Shown in pieces: positions 1 through 11,021 of a stretch of 64,000 nucleotides of DNA. The notes beneath the pieces are model-generated. The model saw only the letters and a program-made list of their open reading frames with translations. It had not been told where the DNA came from and did no database searches. How positions within the stretch are numbered: position 1 is the first letter of the stretch; each line of letters begins with the position of its first letter. The stretch comes from Mustelus asterias (Eukaryota): positions 62,001-126,000 of the forward strand of contig NW_027590147.1 in assembly GCF_964213995.1 (NCBI RefSeq). Direction: 5' to 3'. The position numbers were made by a program, and so were the translations under genes.

Positions 1-190
1 TTTTTTAACCTGGCCAATCAACCTAACCCGCACATCTTTGGACTGTGGGAGGAAACCGGAGCACCCGGAGGAAACCCACACAGACACGAGGAGAATGTGC
101 AAACTCCACACAGACAGTGACCCGAGCCGGGAATCGAACCCGGGACCCTGGAGCTGTGAAGCAGCAGTGCTAACCACTGTGCTACCGTGC
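1..190 (-). mobile_element. HE1-type tRNA-derived shark SINE (5' part; runs off window)
   Basis: Reverse complement starts GGCACGGTAGCACAGTGGTTAGCACTGCTGC...GGTTCGATTCCCGG (pol III A/B boxes); near-identical to copies at 26875-27188 and 49515-49853. Confidence 0.85.
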
Positions 191-628
191 CGCCCTTTCC
201 TTTATATCTGTTTAACACTTCCCGGGAATCTCTGTTTATTCATCTATTTGGTTTTCTTCTGCTATCTAACTATCAGGAACATCTTTTCTCCTTTTCTCTT
301 TACTTGGAAATATTTACAGTCAGTTTTATTTTGTTTCAACATTTATTTTGCGCTGTTTGGGTTCGTTGCAATCGTGGAAAGTTCTCCCAAAGTCTCTCAG
401 TTGTCAGTTGGGTTTATTCTGTTCAGTTCCTGCAGTGGTTTTACAGTTACTCACTGGGAACTGCCTCTTCTGGCTCTCTGACAATTTCAATTCTTTTTTT
501 GCTCTTTAACTGATTCTCTTCTGCTCTCTCTGGGCGGAATTTTCTCTAAGTTTTACATTGTATAGAAACTGCAGAAGAGGAACAGGCAATTCGGCCTAAC
601 TCACTGATGTCTGCCTAGATACACCCGT

Positions 629-770
629 CATGATGTGGAGATGCCGGCGTTGGACTGGGGTAAACACAGTAAGAAGTTTAACAACACCAGGTTAAAGTCC
701 AACAGGTTTATTTGGTAGCAAAAGCCACACAAGCTTTCGGAGCTGCAAGCCCCTTCTTCAGATGAGTGAC
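629..770 (-). mobile_element. Penelope-like terminal fragment with minimal hammerhead ribozyme motif
   Basis: Minus strand: CTGAAGA-AGGGGC-TTGCA-GCTCC-GAAA-GCTTGTG, then AAATAAACCTGTTGGACTTTAACCTGGTGTTG; related pieces at 5175-5277, 6493-6570, 16188-16265. Confidence 0.55.
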
Positions 771-930
771 TCCCAAATCACGTCCTGCCCCCAAATCAAA
801 ATCTGTAACGGATCTGTAAACAGATCCTTATCCGTATCAATTGGACTGAAACGATACAGATCACGATAATAAAATGACGGTGAGCGTTACACGATACATT
901 TTGTAACACGGCGGGGTTGGAGTAACTTAC

Positions 931-983
931 CGGCTGTGACAGTCACCACCGTCCCTGATCCATCGGCTTCATACCAGGTCGTA
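931..983 (-). other. NAR-TCR J gene segment
   Basis: Translates TTWYEADGSGTVVTVTA (GxGT J motif), ends at splice donor G|GTAAG (930-926), preceded by an RSS. Confidence 0.9.
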
Positions 984-1021
984 CACACTGATACCGATCT
1001 CAGACTCCCCGTACAAGAACT
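984..1021 (-). promoter_or_regulatory. J recombination signal sequence, 22-nt spacer
   Basis: Plus-strand reading: heptamer CACACTG 984-990, spacer 991-1012, nonamer ACAAGAACT 1013-1021. Confidence 0.85.
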
Positions 1022-1331
1022 ACCGACTGCTCAACTTGACGGGAAATCATCACAGTCATTTGGAAGTTCCCATTATTCGGGGGATTTAAATCAATAAATA
1101 TTATTCAATGTTTTGAAGTCTCTGTCAGTTCAAACTGTTCTTTTTGAGGCCCCGCGTTCTCAGTAAATATCTCCAGGTAGGAGATAGTCGCTTCATATTA
1201 ACTGAGAAAAATATCAAAGAAAGATGTGAGTCACGGAAAGTGCAATGTAATTAATCCAGATTGCAGCGCTAATAACATCAACCCATAATTCTCTCTCTGG
1301 GCCCTGCGAATGTATAAGGTAATTGTGCACA

Positions 1332-1403
1332 GGTATTTGCTCAGCTCCTTTTCACTGTGACTGTCCCAACCACTACACAGTGTTATAATTCAGCATCAAA
1401 ACC
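1332..1403 (-). other. NAR-TCR D segment (core 1360-1375) flanked by two 12-spacer RSS
   Basis: GGTATTTGC-12-CACTGTG [ACTGTCCCAACCACTA] CACAGTG-12-ATCAAAACC; D on minus strand TAGTGGTTGGGACAGT (frames: stop, SGWDS, VVGT). Confidence 0.9.
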
Positions 1404-1728
1404 CCATATACTGTGTGAGATGTAGGGACATTAATTAAACAGCGGGGACTGCGGTTCCCAGTTCCAGCTGAGAGACGATGATCCCATCTTTTGTTTGGGT
1501 TTGTAACTGGGATCAGTCATTTCCATTCTTCATTCATCACCGCTGATCCCGGAAAGATATCAGCTTCCGCACACACTTCATGTTTATAACACTCAGAATG
1601 TTAACGGTAATAATCAAATCCTCATTATAAACTTGACTGTGGGATTGACGGTGTGCGATGGAACTGTGCGGGTGTCAGAGAAGATTAACTCCGCTTTTTC
1701 ATTTGTTTATGTGAAAATCTTCAGTGAG

Positions 1729-1766
1729 AGTTTTAGTATGGCGGGAAGCCGAGACACATCACTGTG
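1729..1766 (-). promoter_or_regulatory. V recombination signal sequence, 22-nt spacer
   Basis: Minus strand: CACAGTG (1766-1760), 22 nt, ACTAAAACT (1737-1729). Confidence 0.9.
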
Positions 1767-2055
1767 CCGTCTCCTTTGTAATGAGCTTTACAGTAATAGG
1801 TGGCGGCGTCTTCAACTCTCACATCCCGAATTTCCAACGAAAATGTCTTTTCTGCTTTATTCACCGACTCAACAAATCTCCCTCCGCCGGAGATCCGCTC
1901 CCGCTCTGTCCCAGCCTGTGTTTGCCTGAAGAATTCCGCCCTCTCCAAAGCACGAGCGTAGAATCCACCATAGAAAACACAGGTGATGGTGAGGGACTGA
2001 CATTCCTTTCTGGTCACCGCTGCCGGGCTCTGTACCACTGACTGACTGAAAGATC
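1767..2055 (-). CDS. NAR-TCR (IgNAR-like) V exon, open frame
   Basis: After acceptor TTCCAG: SFSQSVVQSPAAVTRKECQSLTITC...ERISGGGRFVESVNKAEKTFSLEIRDVRVEDAATYYCKAH; short FR2/no CDR2 and ISGGGRFVESVN resemble VNAR; extra FR1 Cys. Confidence 0.88.
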
Positions 2056-2203
2056 CTGGAAATTAAACACAGAGAGTTTAAAGGCCCATCAGAGCTGAAC
2101 CACACAACGGGGCTAAAACTCCAGACAATGTCTGTAATTGGGATGGACTGGGGCAGCTTTATATTCAATCCACACAATGTAGTTTAGTGTGATCAGTACT
2201 CAC

Positions 2204-2246
2204 TGGGTAAATAGACACACAAGCTGAAAACAAGAAGAATGCCCAT
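2204..2246 (-). CDS. Leader exon of NAR-TCR V
   Basis: ATG...MGILLVFSLCVYLP then A|GTGAGT donor; 43 nt (phase 1), splices in frame to the V exon. Confidence 0.88.
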
Positions 2247-2574
2247 CGCTCTGCTGCCCGGAGCTGATGGTTTATATGACGGGGAGCTGGAGACTGCAGA
2301 GCTGGACTCCTCTGGGACACTGGATCTCAGAGCTGAACTGAAAGACATCAGGCCCGAACGTCGTCAATTTAGCCCACGCCCATTGTTTAAAATAAATCTC
2401 GAGAATCTAAAGGTGGCGGAAAGCTATGAACATTCAGTCGAGGTTCCATAGTTATCGCTGCCTCGGAGCTCCCGACCCCAGAATCTCGTCCCGCGACCCC
2501 TCTGGCTGTTGCCACCCAGAGTTTGGGAATGTCCCTCTTTGTCAAAAGCAAGTAAGATTCTTATTCTTTTATTT

Positions 2575-3670
2575 TTTTTCAGTGTCCAAGTGCAGAGATG
2601 GCAGTTAGGGCCGTGATATGTTTCTCCTGCTCGATGTGGGAGATCAGGGAACTTCCTAGTGTCCCTGGCGGCTATGTTTGCGCGTTGTGTGACCAGGGGC
2701 AGCTCCTCACAACCCGCATGGTTCGGTTGGAGCAGAAGCTGGAAACACTGTCACGGGATCTAGGTTGAGGTTGTTAAATGGATACAAAATTGGCTTGATG
2801 ACAGAAGACAGAGGGTGGTTGTAGAGGGTTGTCTTTCAAACTAGAGGCCTATGGCCAGCGGTGTGCCTCCGGGAATGAGTGCTGGATCCACTGATATTTG
2901 TCATTTATATTAATGATTTGGATGAGAATTTAGGAGGCGTGGTTAGTAAGTTTGCAGATGACACCAAGATTGGTGGCATAGTGGACAGTGAAGAAGGTTA
3001 TCAAGGATTGCAATGGGATCTTAATCAATTGGGCCAGTGGGCTGGTGAATGGAAGATGGAGTTTTATTTAGATGAATGCGAAGTGATCCATTTTCGTCGA
3101 TCGAACCAGAACAGGACTTACTCATTTAATGGGAGGGTGTTATGGAGAGTTATAGAACAAAAAGATCTAAGGGTACAGGTTCATAGCTCCTTGAAAGTGG
3201 AGTCTCAGGTGGACGAGTGGTGAAGAAGGCATGCTTGGTTTCATCGGTCAGAACATTGAATACAGGAGTTGGGACGTCTTGTTGAAGTTCTACAAGACAT
3301 TGGTAAGGCCACATTTGGAAAACTGTTTACAGTTCTTGTCAACCTAGTATAGAAAGGATATTATTAAACTAGAAAGAGTGCAGAAAAGATTTACTAGGAT
3401 GCTACCAGGACTTGATGGTTTGAGATTAGGGTGCTGGGGAGTAGGTACAGAGGAGATGTTCGGGGTAAGTTTTTCACTCAGAGGGTGGTGGGTGCGTGGA
3501 ATCGGCTGCCGGTAGTGGTGGTGGAGGCGGATTCTATAGGTTCTTTTAAGATACCTTTGGATAAGTTCATGGAAGTTCGTAAGATAGAGGGTTATAGGTA
3601 AGCCTAGTAGGTAGGGACATGTTTGGCGCAACTTGTGGGCCGAAGGACCTGTTTGTGCTGTAGCTTTTCT
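2575..3670 (+). mobile_element. Degenerate, internally deleted CR1/HER1 LINE
   Basis: RT motif KFADDTK in ORF 2879-3223; ORF1-like start near 2600; CR1 3' tail near 3640-3670. Confidence 0.85.
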
Positions 3671-3689
3671 ATCATCCATTTTTATTTTA

Positions 3690-3841
3690 AATGTTCACAC
3701 ACACACAATCCGAGACCAACTCACATACCCAAACATACACACACGCACATTCAGACAAACACACAAGTTCTGAAACAAGCAGACACAAGCAAACTCGCAA
3801 ACACATACACACACACAGCCAAATGCACCTCTGAAAAACAC

Positions 3842-3879
<38 letters not shown>

Positions 3880-4381
3880 ACGAGCACACACACACACACA
3901 CACAGACAAACAAACAGTCACGAGCACGCACACACAGGATCTCAGAAAAACCGATACAGGCAAACTCGCACGCATAGGCACATACATGGACATACACGCT
4001 CAGACACACAGACACACACATACTTTCTCTCTCTTTCTGACACACAGACAGGCTGTCAGACAAGCACACACACACATACAGCCAATCACACAGACACAAA
4101 CACACACACGCATTCAGACAAGTCCAGGCAAACACACACACAAACACACAGTCAGGCAAATACAGGCACACATTTCGCAGACGAACAGACACAGGAAATC
4201 TTGCAAACACACAGACACACAGTCTCAGAAAAACACAGGCATACACATGCACTCACAGACAAACACACAGTCATAAGCACACACTCAGACAAACACACAC
4301 AAGCAAACTCGTGAACATAGACATATAGAGAGAAAAACTCAGACAAACACACAAAGAAAACATATGCTCTCAGACATGCAT

Positions 4382-4415
<34 letters not shown>

Positions 4416-4940
4416 ACAAACATACAGAAACAGACCCACACACAGATGTCCTATCAAACGAACACGCATATGCATACAAATTCACTCTGATGCAAGCACA
4501 CAGATATGCACAAACTCTCAGACAAAACAAACACATTTAGACACAAGTCTCAGTCAACCACTCAGACATACATACAATCACAGAAAAACACACACGCACA
4601 AACACACACACAAACACTCAGGCAAACACAGTCACGCACACAGCAACACATGCACACAGTCAAACATGGGCACAACACATGATCTCAGTCAAACAACATA
4701 GGCAAACTCGCAAACTCACAGACACACACTTTCAGCATAACACACACACATATATACACACATGACCAGACAAGCAAACATACACAGGCACACATCCACA
4801 CACACACAGCCTCAGGCAAAACAGTCACACGATTGCAGACAAATAGACACAAGCAAAGTCGCACACATGGACACATACACATAAACACTCAGACAACAAA
4901 CACAGACACACACCCTCAGATAAACACAGAGACAAACCAA
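3690..4940. repeat. Degenerate (CA)n-rich low-complexity tract
   Basis: ~1.25 kb dominated by CACA/CAGA/CAAA; a purer (CA)n run at 5397-5476. Confidence 0.95.
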
Positions 4941-5445
4941 AAAAATCAAGATGGCGTCGGACCGTGGCTACTTGTTGCAAGCTGTGCCCATCATCTCTCT
5001 AATGCTATCTTTTACTCTTGGTCTATGCTTTTAAAACGATATTCTAACTCTTTTGAACTCTATAACAATGTTTTAATGAAATTGATCTTTCTCTACATCC
5101 TAGCTATGACTGTATCATTACATTCTGCACTCGCTCCTTTCCTTCTCCATGTACGTGTAATGCTGTGTTTGTAAAACCTACCTCTCCACTCACCTAATGA
5201 AGGAGCAGCGCTCCGAAAGCTCGTGATTCCAAATAAACATGTTCGACTTGAACCTGGCGTTGTGAGACTTCTTATTGTTCTCTATGAAATGTATGCTTTC
5301 TCTGTATAGCGCGCAAGAAACAATACTTTTCTTTGTATACTAATACATGTGACAGTAATAAATAAAATAAAACCAAAAACATATACTTTCAGAAGAACGC
5401 ACACGCACACACACACACACACAGACACACACACACACACACACA

Positions 5446-5478
<33 letters not shown>

Positions 5479-7029
5479 TTACGGGCAGTCTCACAAACGC
5501 AGAGAGAGACAGAGACCATAAAGTGTTGATGTCAATTTCACTTTAATCAACCTGCTGGGCACAACAGCAATAACGGAAGCAAACTTAAAACCGGTGTGTG
5601 GGTTTTATTGTGAAATGAGATCATGTGTAAATGTATCACCATAGCCCAGGTTGGGGTGTAATTGATAATGTATCTGCTGTCTGTACCCCTGAACAAATGT
5701 CAAATTGGAGAGATTATCAAATTTGAATTATAATGTTATGATGTGAAGTATGTGGGAGAAGAATTGGAGTGATAAAGGGTGGAAAACAAACTGGGGGAAT
5801 GAGACTGAAGCTGCTGTGCAGACTGAATAGTTCTTCTTGTGTGAATGGAGGGACACATGTAGGGATGGATGGAGGGAGGAAGGGATGGACGGATGGATGA
5901 ATCGAGAGACCGATCGAGGGAAGGAGTGATGGATGGAGGGATGAATCTGAGATGTAAAAGATTAGATTTGAAGAGCTTCCCAGTGTCACTGAACAACTGA
6001 ACTTGGGGAAGTCATTGGGTAGAGACTCTGCTTGCTGCTGTTTCCCCTCGGGGCGCCAGGGGCCACTTGACCACTCCCTGCAGCAGCTGCTGCTGCTCCT
6101 CACAGTGTCACATCTTGGCCGCACCCTGGACTAGGTGCAGCTCTTTGGCGGAACATCAGCAGCCAGAGGCGGGGAAGGACGGGCCGTCCTGTTTCGGTGA
6201 CGTCACCACCAGCCCCGACACCCACCGTTTATTTTAAAAGAAAAAAAACACTGTTCAGAAATGGAGAAGGTGACTGAAATTCTGACCCAGACACGCCACC
6301 GGGAGGTGATTGATATGTAAATAAAAATACAATTGTTAATTTAATATAAAAGATGCCGAAGGCGGAACTGCACATGCGCCTTATGTTCTCTGCGAGAAGA
6401 TGGATACAGAACTGGGGCTTGGCCATAGAAGACAGAGGGTAGCGGTAGAGGGGTGATTTTCTGACTGGAAGGCTGTGACTAGCCATGATCGTCATGATGT
6501 GGAGTTGCCGGCGTTGGACTGGGGTGAACACAGTAAGAGTTTTAACCTGGTGTTGTTAAAACTCTTACTAGCCATGATCCACAGGGATCAGTTCTGGGAC
6601 CTATAAATGATTTGGAGGAAAATGTAGCTGGTATGATTGGTACGTTCACAGACCACACAAAAACTGGTGGAGTTGCGGAGAGTGAAGAGGATTGTTAGAG
6701 GATACAGCTACAGCAAAATATAGAACGGTTCGAGACTTGAGCGGGAAAATGGCAGATGGAGTTTAATCTGGACAAGTGTGAGATAATGCATTTTGGAAGG
6801 TCCAATGCATGTCGGAATTATACAGGAAATTATAATACATTTCTGTTACTCTCACTTATTATTTCTGCTTTTCGGAGTGAGCGCGCCCTCTGCTGATCAC
6901 TAACTGGAACTATCAGTGCGGTGATCCGCTCTATCTCTGCACCAGAAACATAAGGCGGTACCGGAGAGAAGCGTCCTGGTGACATTTGAGGAACAGTGTT
7001 CCTTTGTACAAAGTAGACAATATTGTTTC

Positions 7030-7162
7030 ACATCCTCCGAGCTATAAATCCTCATTAAATATCTCGGAGTTTCGCCCGGATACCAGAACAGAATAGGGAG
7101 AATCGCTGTCCGAGTATTTACAATCCAACATTATGCTCTGTACTTGGAGAACCCTAAATTCA
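7030..7162 (-). pseudogene. TCR alpha/delta-type V pseudogene, 3' piece (FR1-Cys to FR2)
   Basis: EFRVLQVQSIMLDCKYSDSDSP, then frameshifted LFWYPGETPRYLMR; same family as V at 19036-19346; no FR3 or RSS found. Confidence 0.7.
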
Positions 7163-10100
7163 AGAACAAAGAACAAAGAACAAAGAACAATACAGCACAG
7201 GAACAGGCCCTTCGGCCCTCCAAGCCCGCGCCGCTCCCCGGTCCAGGATTGAATCCTGAATCCAGGATCCCCGCCCAATTTTCCAGCCTATCTACATACC
7301 AATATCCTATCCACCGAGCTGTCCCTCACAGCTACGATGCTTTGTTCATTACAACCTATTAACTTACCCCCACCCCCCCATTCCAGACCATGTGATCTCC
7401 AGGGAGAGGCGAAAACCCAGAGTGAAAAACCCCAGGGCCAATTTGGGGTAAGAAAATCTGGGAAATTCCTCTCCGACCCCCTGAGGTGATCGAAACGAGT
7501 CCAGGAGATCACAATGGCCCCGATCGGAAAATGCTTCCCAACCCTAGTCATTTCCACTTCCACGAACACCATATGAATTCCCTGCCCCCGAGACAGGTTC
7601 CCAACTATCCGCAGTCTCACTCTGTACTGGCACCAGCAAGATGATCATAGAATGAAGCCTTGAAACGAGAAACCAGGAACAATTAGCCCGCGCCGCTCCC
7701 TGGTCCAAACTAGACCACTCTTTTGTATCCCTCCATTCCCACTCCGTTCATATAGCTGTCTAGATAAGTCTTAAACGTTCCCAGTGTGTCCGCCTCCACC
7801 ACCTTGCCCGGCAACACATTCCAGGCCCCCACGACCCTCTGTGTGAAATATGTCCTTCTGATATCTGGGTTAAACCTCCCCCCCTTCACCTTGAACCTAT
7901 GACCCCTCGTGAACGTCACCACCGACCCGGGGAAAAGCTTCCCACCGTTCACCCTATCTATGCCTTTCATAATTTTATACACCTCTATTAAGTCTCCCCT
8001 CATCCTCCGTCTTTCCAAGGAGAACAACCCCAGTTTCCCCAATCTCTCCTCATAACCAAGCCCCTCCATACCAGGCAACATCCTGGTAAACCTCCTCTGT
8101 ACTCTCTCCAAAGCCTCCACGTCCTTCTGGTAGTGTGGCGACCAGAACTGGGCGCAGTATTCCAAATGCGGCCGAACCAACGTTCTATACATCTGCAACA
8201 TCAGACCCCAACTTTTATACTCTATGCCCCGTCCTATAAAGGCAAGCATGCCATATGCCTTCTTCACCACCTTCTCCACCTGTGACGTCACCTTCAAAGA
8301 TCTGTGGACTTGCACACCCAGGTCCCTCTGCGTCTCTACACCCTTTATGCTTCTTCCATTTATCGTGTAGCTCCTCCCTACATTATTCCCACCAAAATGC
8401 ATCACTTCGCATTTATCAGGATTGAACTCCATCTGCCATTTCCTTGCCCAAATTTCCAGCCTATCTATATCCTTCTGTAGCCTCTGACAATGTTCCTCAC
8501 TATCTGCAAGTCCTGCCAGTTTTGTGTCGTCCGCAAACTTACTGATCACCCCAGTTACTCCTTCTTCCAGATCATTTATATAAATCACAAACAGCAGAGG
8601 TCCCAATACAGAGCCCTGCGGTACACCACTAGTCACAGGCCTCCAGCCGGAAAAAGACCCTTCCACTACCACCCTCTGTCTTCTATGACCAAGCCAGTTC
8701 TCCACCCATCTAGCCACCTCCCCCTTTATCCCATGGGATCCAACCTTTTTCACTAGCCTACCATGAGGGACTTTGTCAAATGCTTTACTAAAGTCCATAC
8801 AGACAACATCCACGGCCCTTCCTTCGTCAACCATTTTGGTCACTTCTTCAAAAAACACCACCAGGTTCGTGAGGCATGACCTCCCTCTCACAAAACCATG
8901 TTGACTATCGTTAATGAGTTTATTCCTTTCTAAATGCGCATACATCCTATCTTTAAGAATCTTCTCCAACAACTTCCCCACCACAGACGTCAAGCTCACC
9001 GGCCTATAATTACCCGGGTTATCCTTCCTACCCTTCTTAAATAACGGGACCACATTGGCTATCCTCCAATCCTCTGGGACCTCACCTGTGTCCAGTGACG
9101 AGCCAAAGATTTGCGTCAGAGGCCCAACGATTTCACCTCTCGTCTCCCTGAGCAGCCTTGGATAGATTCCATCAGGCCCTGGGGATTTGTCAGTCTTTAT
9201 ATTCTCTAACAAACCTAACACTTCCTCCTTTGTAATGGAGATTTTCTCCAACGGTTCAACACTCCCCTCCGAGACACTCCCAGTCAACACATCCCTCTCC
9301 TTAGTGAATACCGACGCAAAGTATTCATTTAGGATCTCCCCTACCTCTTTGGGCTCCAAGCATAAGTCCCCACTTTTGTCCCTGAGAGGTCCGATTTTTT
9401 CCCTAACAACCCTTTTGTTCCTAACGTATGAATAAAATGCCTTGGGATTCTCCTTAATCCTGTCTGCCAAGAACATTTCGTGACCCCTTTTTGCTCTTCT
9501 AATTCCCCGTTTGAGTATTTTCCTACTTTCATTATACTCCTCCAGAGCTCCCTCCGTTTTTAGCTGCTTGGACCTAACATACGCCTCTCTTTTCCTATTG
9601 ACCAGTCCCTCAATTTCCCTGGTTATCCATGGTTCTCTAATCCTACCCTTCCTATCCTTCTTTTTTACAGGCACATGCTTGTCCTGTAGCCCTAACAACC
9701 GTTCCTTAAAAGACTGCCACATACCAGATGTGGATTTACCCTCAAACAGCCTCTCCCAATCAAGAGCTGCCAATTTCTGCCTGATCCCAATAAAGTTAGC
9801 CTTCCCCCAATCCAACACCTTACCCTTGGGACACCACTCATCCTTTTCCATCACTATCCTAAAGCTAACAGAATTGTGGTCACTATTTGCCACATGTTCC
9901 CCAACCAAAACTTTGAAGACCTGACCGGGCTCATTCCCCAGCACCAGGTCCAGTATAGCCCCCTCTCTAGTTGGGCTGTCCACATATTGTTCCAACGAAC
10001 CCTCCTGTACACATTTTACAAATGCCTCACCATCCAGAGTCCCTGCCCTCAGCGATTTCCAGTCTATACCAGGGAAATTGAAGTCTCCCACTACAACAAC

Positions 10101-11021
10101 CCTATATTTCCTGCACCTATCCAGTATCTCCTGACATATCCATTCTTCCACTTCCCTTGGGCTGTTGGGGGGCCTGTAGTACACCCCCAACATAGTGACT
10201 GCGCCTTTCCTGTTTCTAAGCTCCACCCAGAGTGACTCGCTACACGACTCCTCCGAATTGTCCTCCCTCTGCACCGCTGTAATATGCTCTCCAACCAATA
10301 CCGCTACTCCCCCACCTCTTTTGGCCCCTCCTCTGTCTCGCCTAAAACACTTGTACCCTGGAATATTCAGCTGCCAGTCCTGTCCCTCTTTCAACCAAGT
10401 CTCTGTCACCGCAACCACATCCAAATTCCTCGTGCGCATTAAGGCCCCAAGTTCGTCTGTTTTACCTGCTACGCTCCTTGCATTGAAGTATAAGCACTCC
10501 AGACCCCCAGGCTCAGTGAGGTCGTCCTCCCCCAGAGTGCTCTTCTTCTTTGCCAGCCTTGTCCCAGCCCCAAGCTCGTCCCCAGCCACCACACTTATAG
10601 ACCTAATAGTTTGATCCCCACCCCCCTGCCATACTAGTTTAAACCCCCCCGAACTGCATTAGCAAAGCTCCCAGCCAGGATATTTGTGCCCTTCCAACTT
10701 AGTTGTGACCCCTCCCTCTTGTACAGGTGCCATCCTCTCCTGAAAACCTCCCATTGGTCTATGAAAATAAAGCCCTCCCTCCTGGACCAGTCCTTTAGCC
10801 AGGCATTCATTTGAACCAACTCCCTATTCTTATCCTCACTGGCACGAGGCATTGGGAGCAGCCCAGAGATGGCCACCCTAGTGACCCTACTTTTTAACCT
10901 ATTTCCCAACTCCCTGAATTGCTCTCTTAGGACCCCCCTACTCTTCCTATCTACGTCATTTCCACCAATGTGTATAATGACATCCGTTTCTTTATCTTCC
11001 CATGACATCCGTTTCTTTATC
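7163..11021 (-). mobile_element. Young 5'-truncated CR1/HER1 LINE with intact ORF2
   Basis: (AGAACAA)n tail at 7163-7190, 960-aa ORF2, ORF1 esterase-like remnant 10634-~11000, TGAA at both junctions. Confidence 0.95.
7710..10592 (-). CDS. CR1 ORF2: APE endonuclease + reverse transcriptase
   Basis: Motifs NARS, TETW, GDFN, SDHN, PGPDG, QHGF, KAFDKV, GVPQGSVLGP, FADD; no stops. Confidence 0.95.
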   Translation of the reverse strand: MVAGDELGAGTRLAKKKSTLGEDDLTEPGGLECLYFNARSVAGKTDELGALMRTRNLDVVAVTETWLKEGQDWQLNIPGYKCFRRDRGGAKRGGGVAVLVGEHITAVQREDNSEESCSESLWVELRNRKGAVTMLGVYYRPPNSPREVEEWICQEILDRCRKYRVVVVGDFNFPGIDWKSLRAGTLDGEAFVKCVQEGSLEQYVDSPTREGAILDLVLGNEPGQVFKVLVGEHVANSDHNSVSFRIVMEKDEWCPKGKVLDWGKANFIGIRQKLAALDWERLFEGKSTSGMWQSFKERLLGLQDKHVPVKKKDRKGRIREPWITREIEGLVNRKREAYVRSKQLKTEGALEEYNESRKILKRGIRRAKRGHEMFLADRIKENPKAFYSYVRNKRVVREKIGPLRDKSGDLCLEPKEVGEILNEYFASVFTKERDVLTGSVSEGSVEPLEKISITKEEVLGLLENIKTDKSPGPDGIYPRLLRETRGEIVGPLTQIFGSSLDTGEVPEDWRIANVVPLFKKGRKDNPGNYRPVSLTSVVGKLLEKILKDRMYAHLERNKLINDSQHGFVRGRSCLTNLVVFFEEVTKMVDEGRAVDVVCMDFSKAFDKVPHGRLVKKVGSHGIKGEVARWVENWLGHRRQRVVVEGSFSGWRPVTSGVPQGSVLGPLLFVIYINDLEEGVTGVISKFADDTKLAGLADSEEHCQRLQKDIDRLEIWARKWQMEFNPDKCEVMHFGGNNVGRSYTINGRSIKGVETQRDLGVQVHRSLKVTSQVEKVVKKAYGMLAFIGRGIEYKSWGLMLQMYRTLVRPHLEYCAQFWSPHYQKDVEALERVQRRFTRMLPGMEGLGYEERLGKLGLFSLERRRMRGDLIEVYKIMKGIDRVNGGKLFPGSVVTFTRGHRFKVKGGRFNPDIRRTYFTQRVVGAWNVLPGKVVEADTLGTFKTYLDSYMNGVGMEGYKRVV

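Noticed and set aside
18-513. ORFs such as MDCGRKPEHPEETH..., repeated at 26855 and 49471
   Set aside because: Chance frames through HE1 SINE copies
190-930. Leaderless supporting V delta
   Set aside because: No WYxQ/YYC frame or RSS found; presumably outside the window
931-2246. IgNAR cluster rather than NAR-TCR
   Set aside because: Single D (IgNAR clusters have three), extra FR1 Cys and neighbouring TCR V genes favour NAR-TCR; not fully excluded without downstream sequence
3623-5546. His/Thr- and Cys/Val-rich ORFs
   Set aside because: Translations of CA/TG microsatellite-like sequence
6101-6140. CACAGTG heptamer as RSS
   Set aside because: No nonamer at 12 or 23 spacing and no adjacent gene segment
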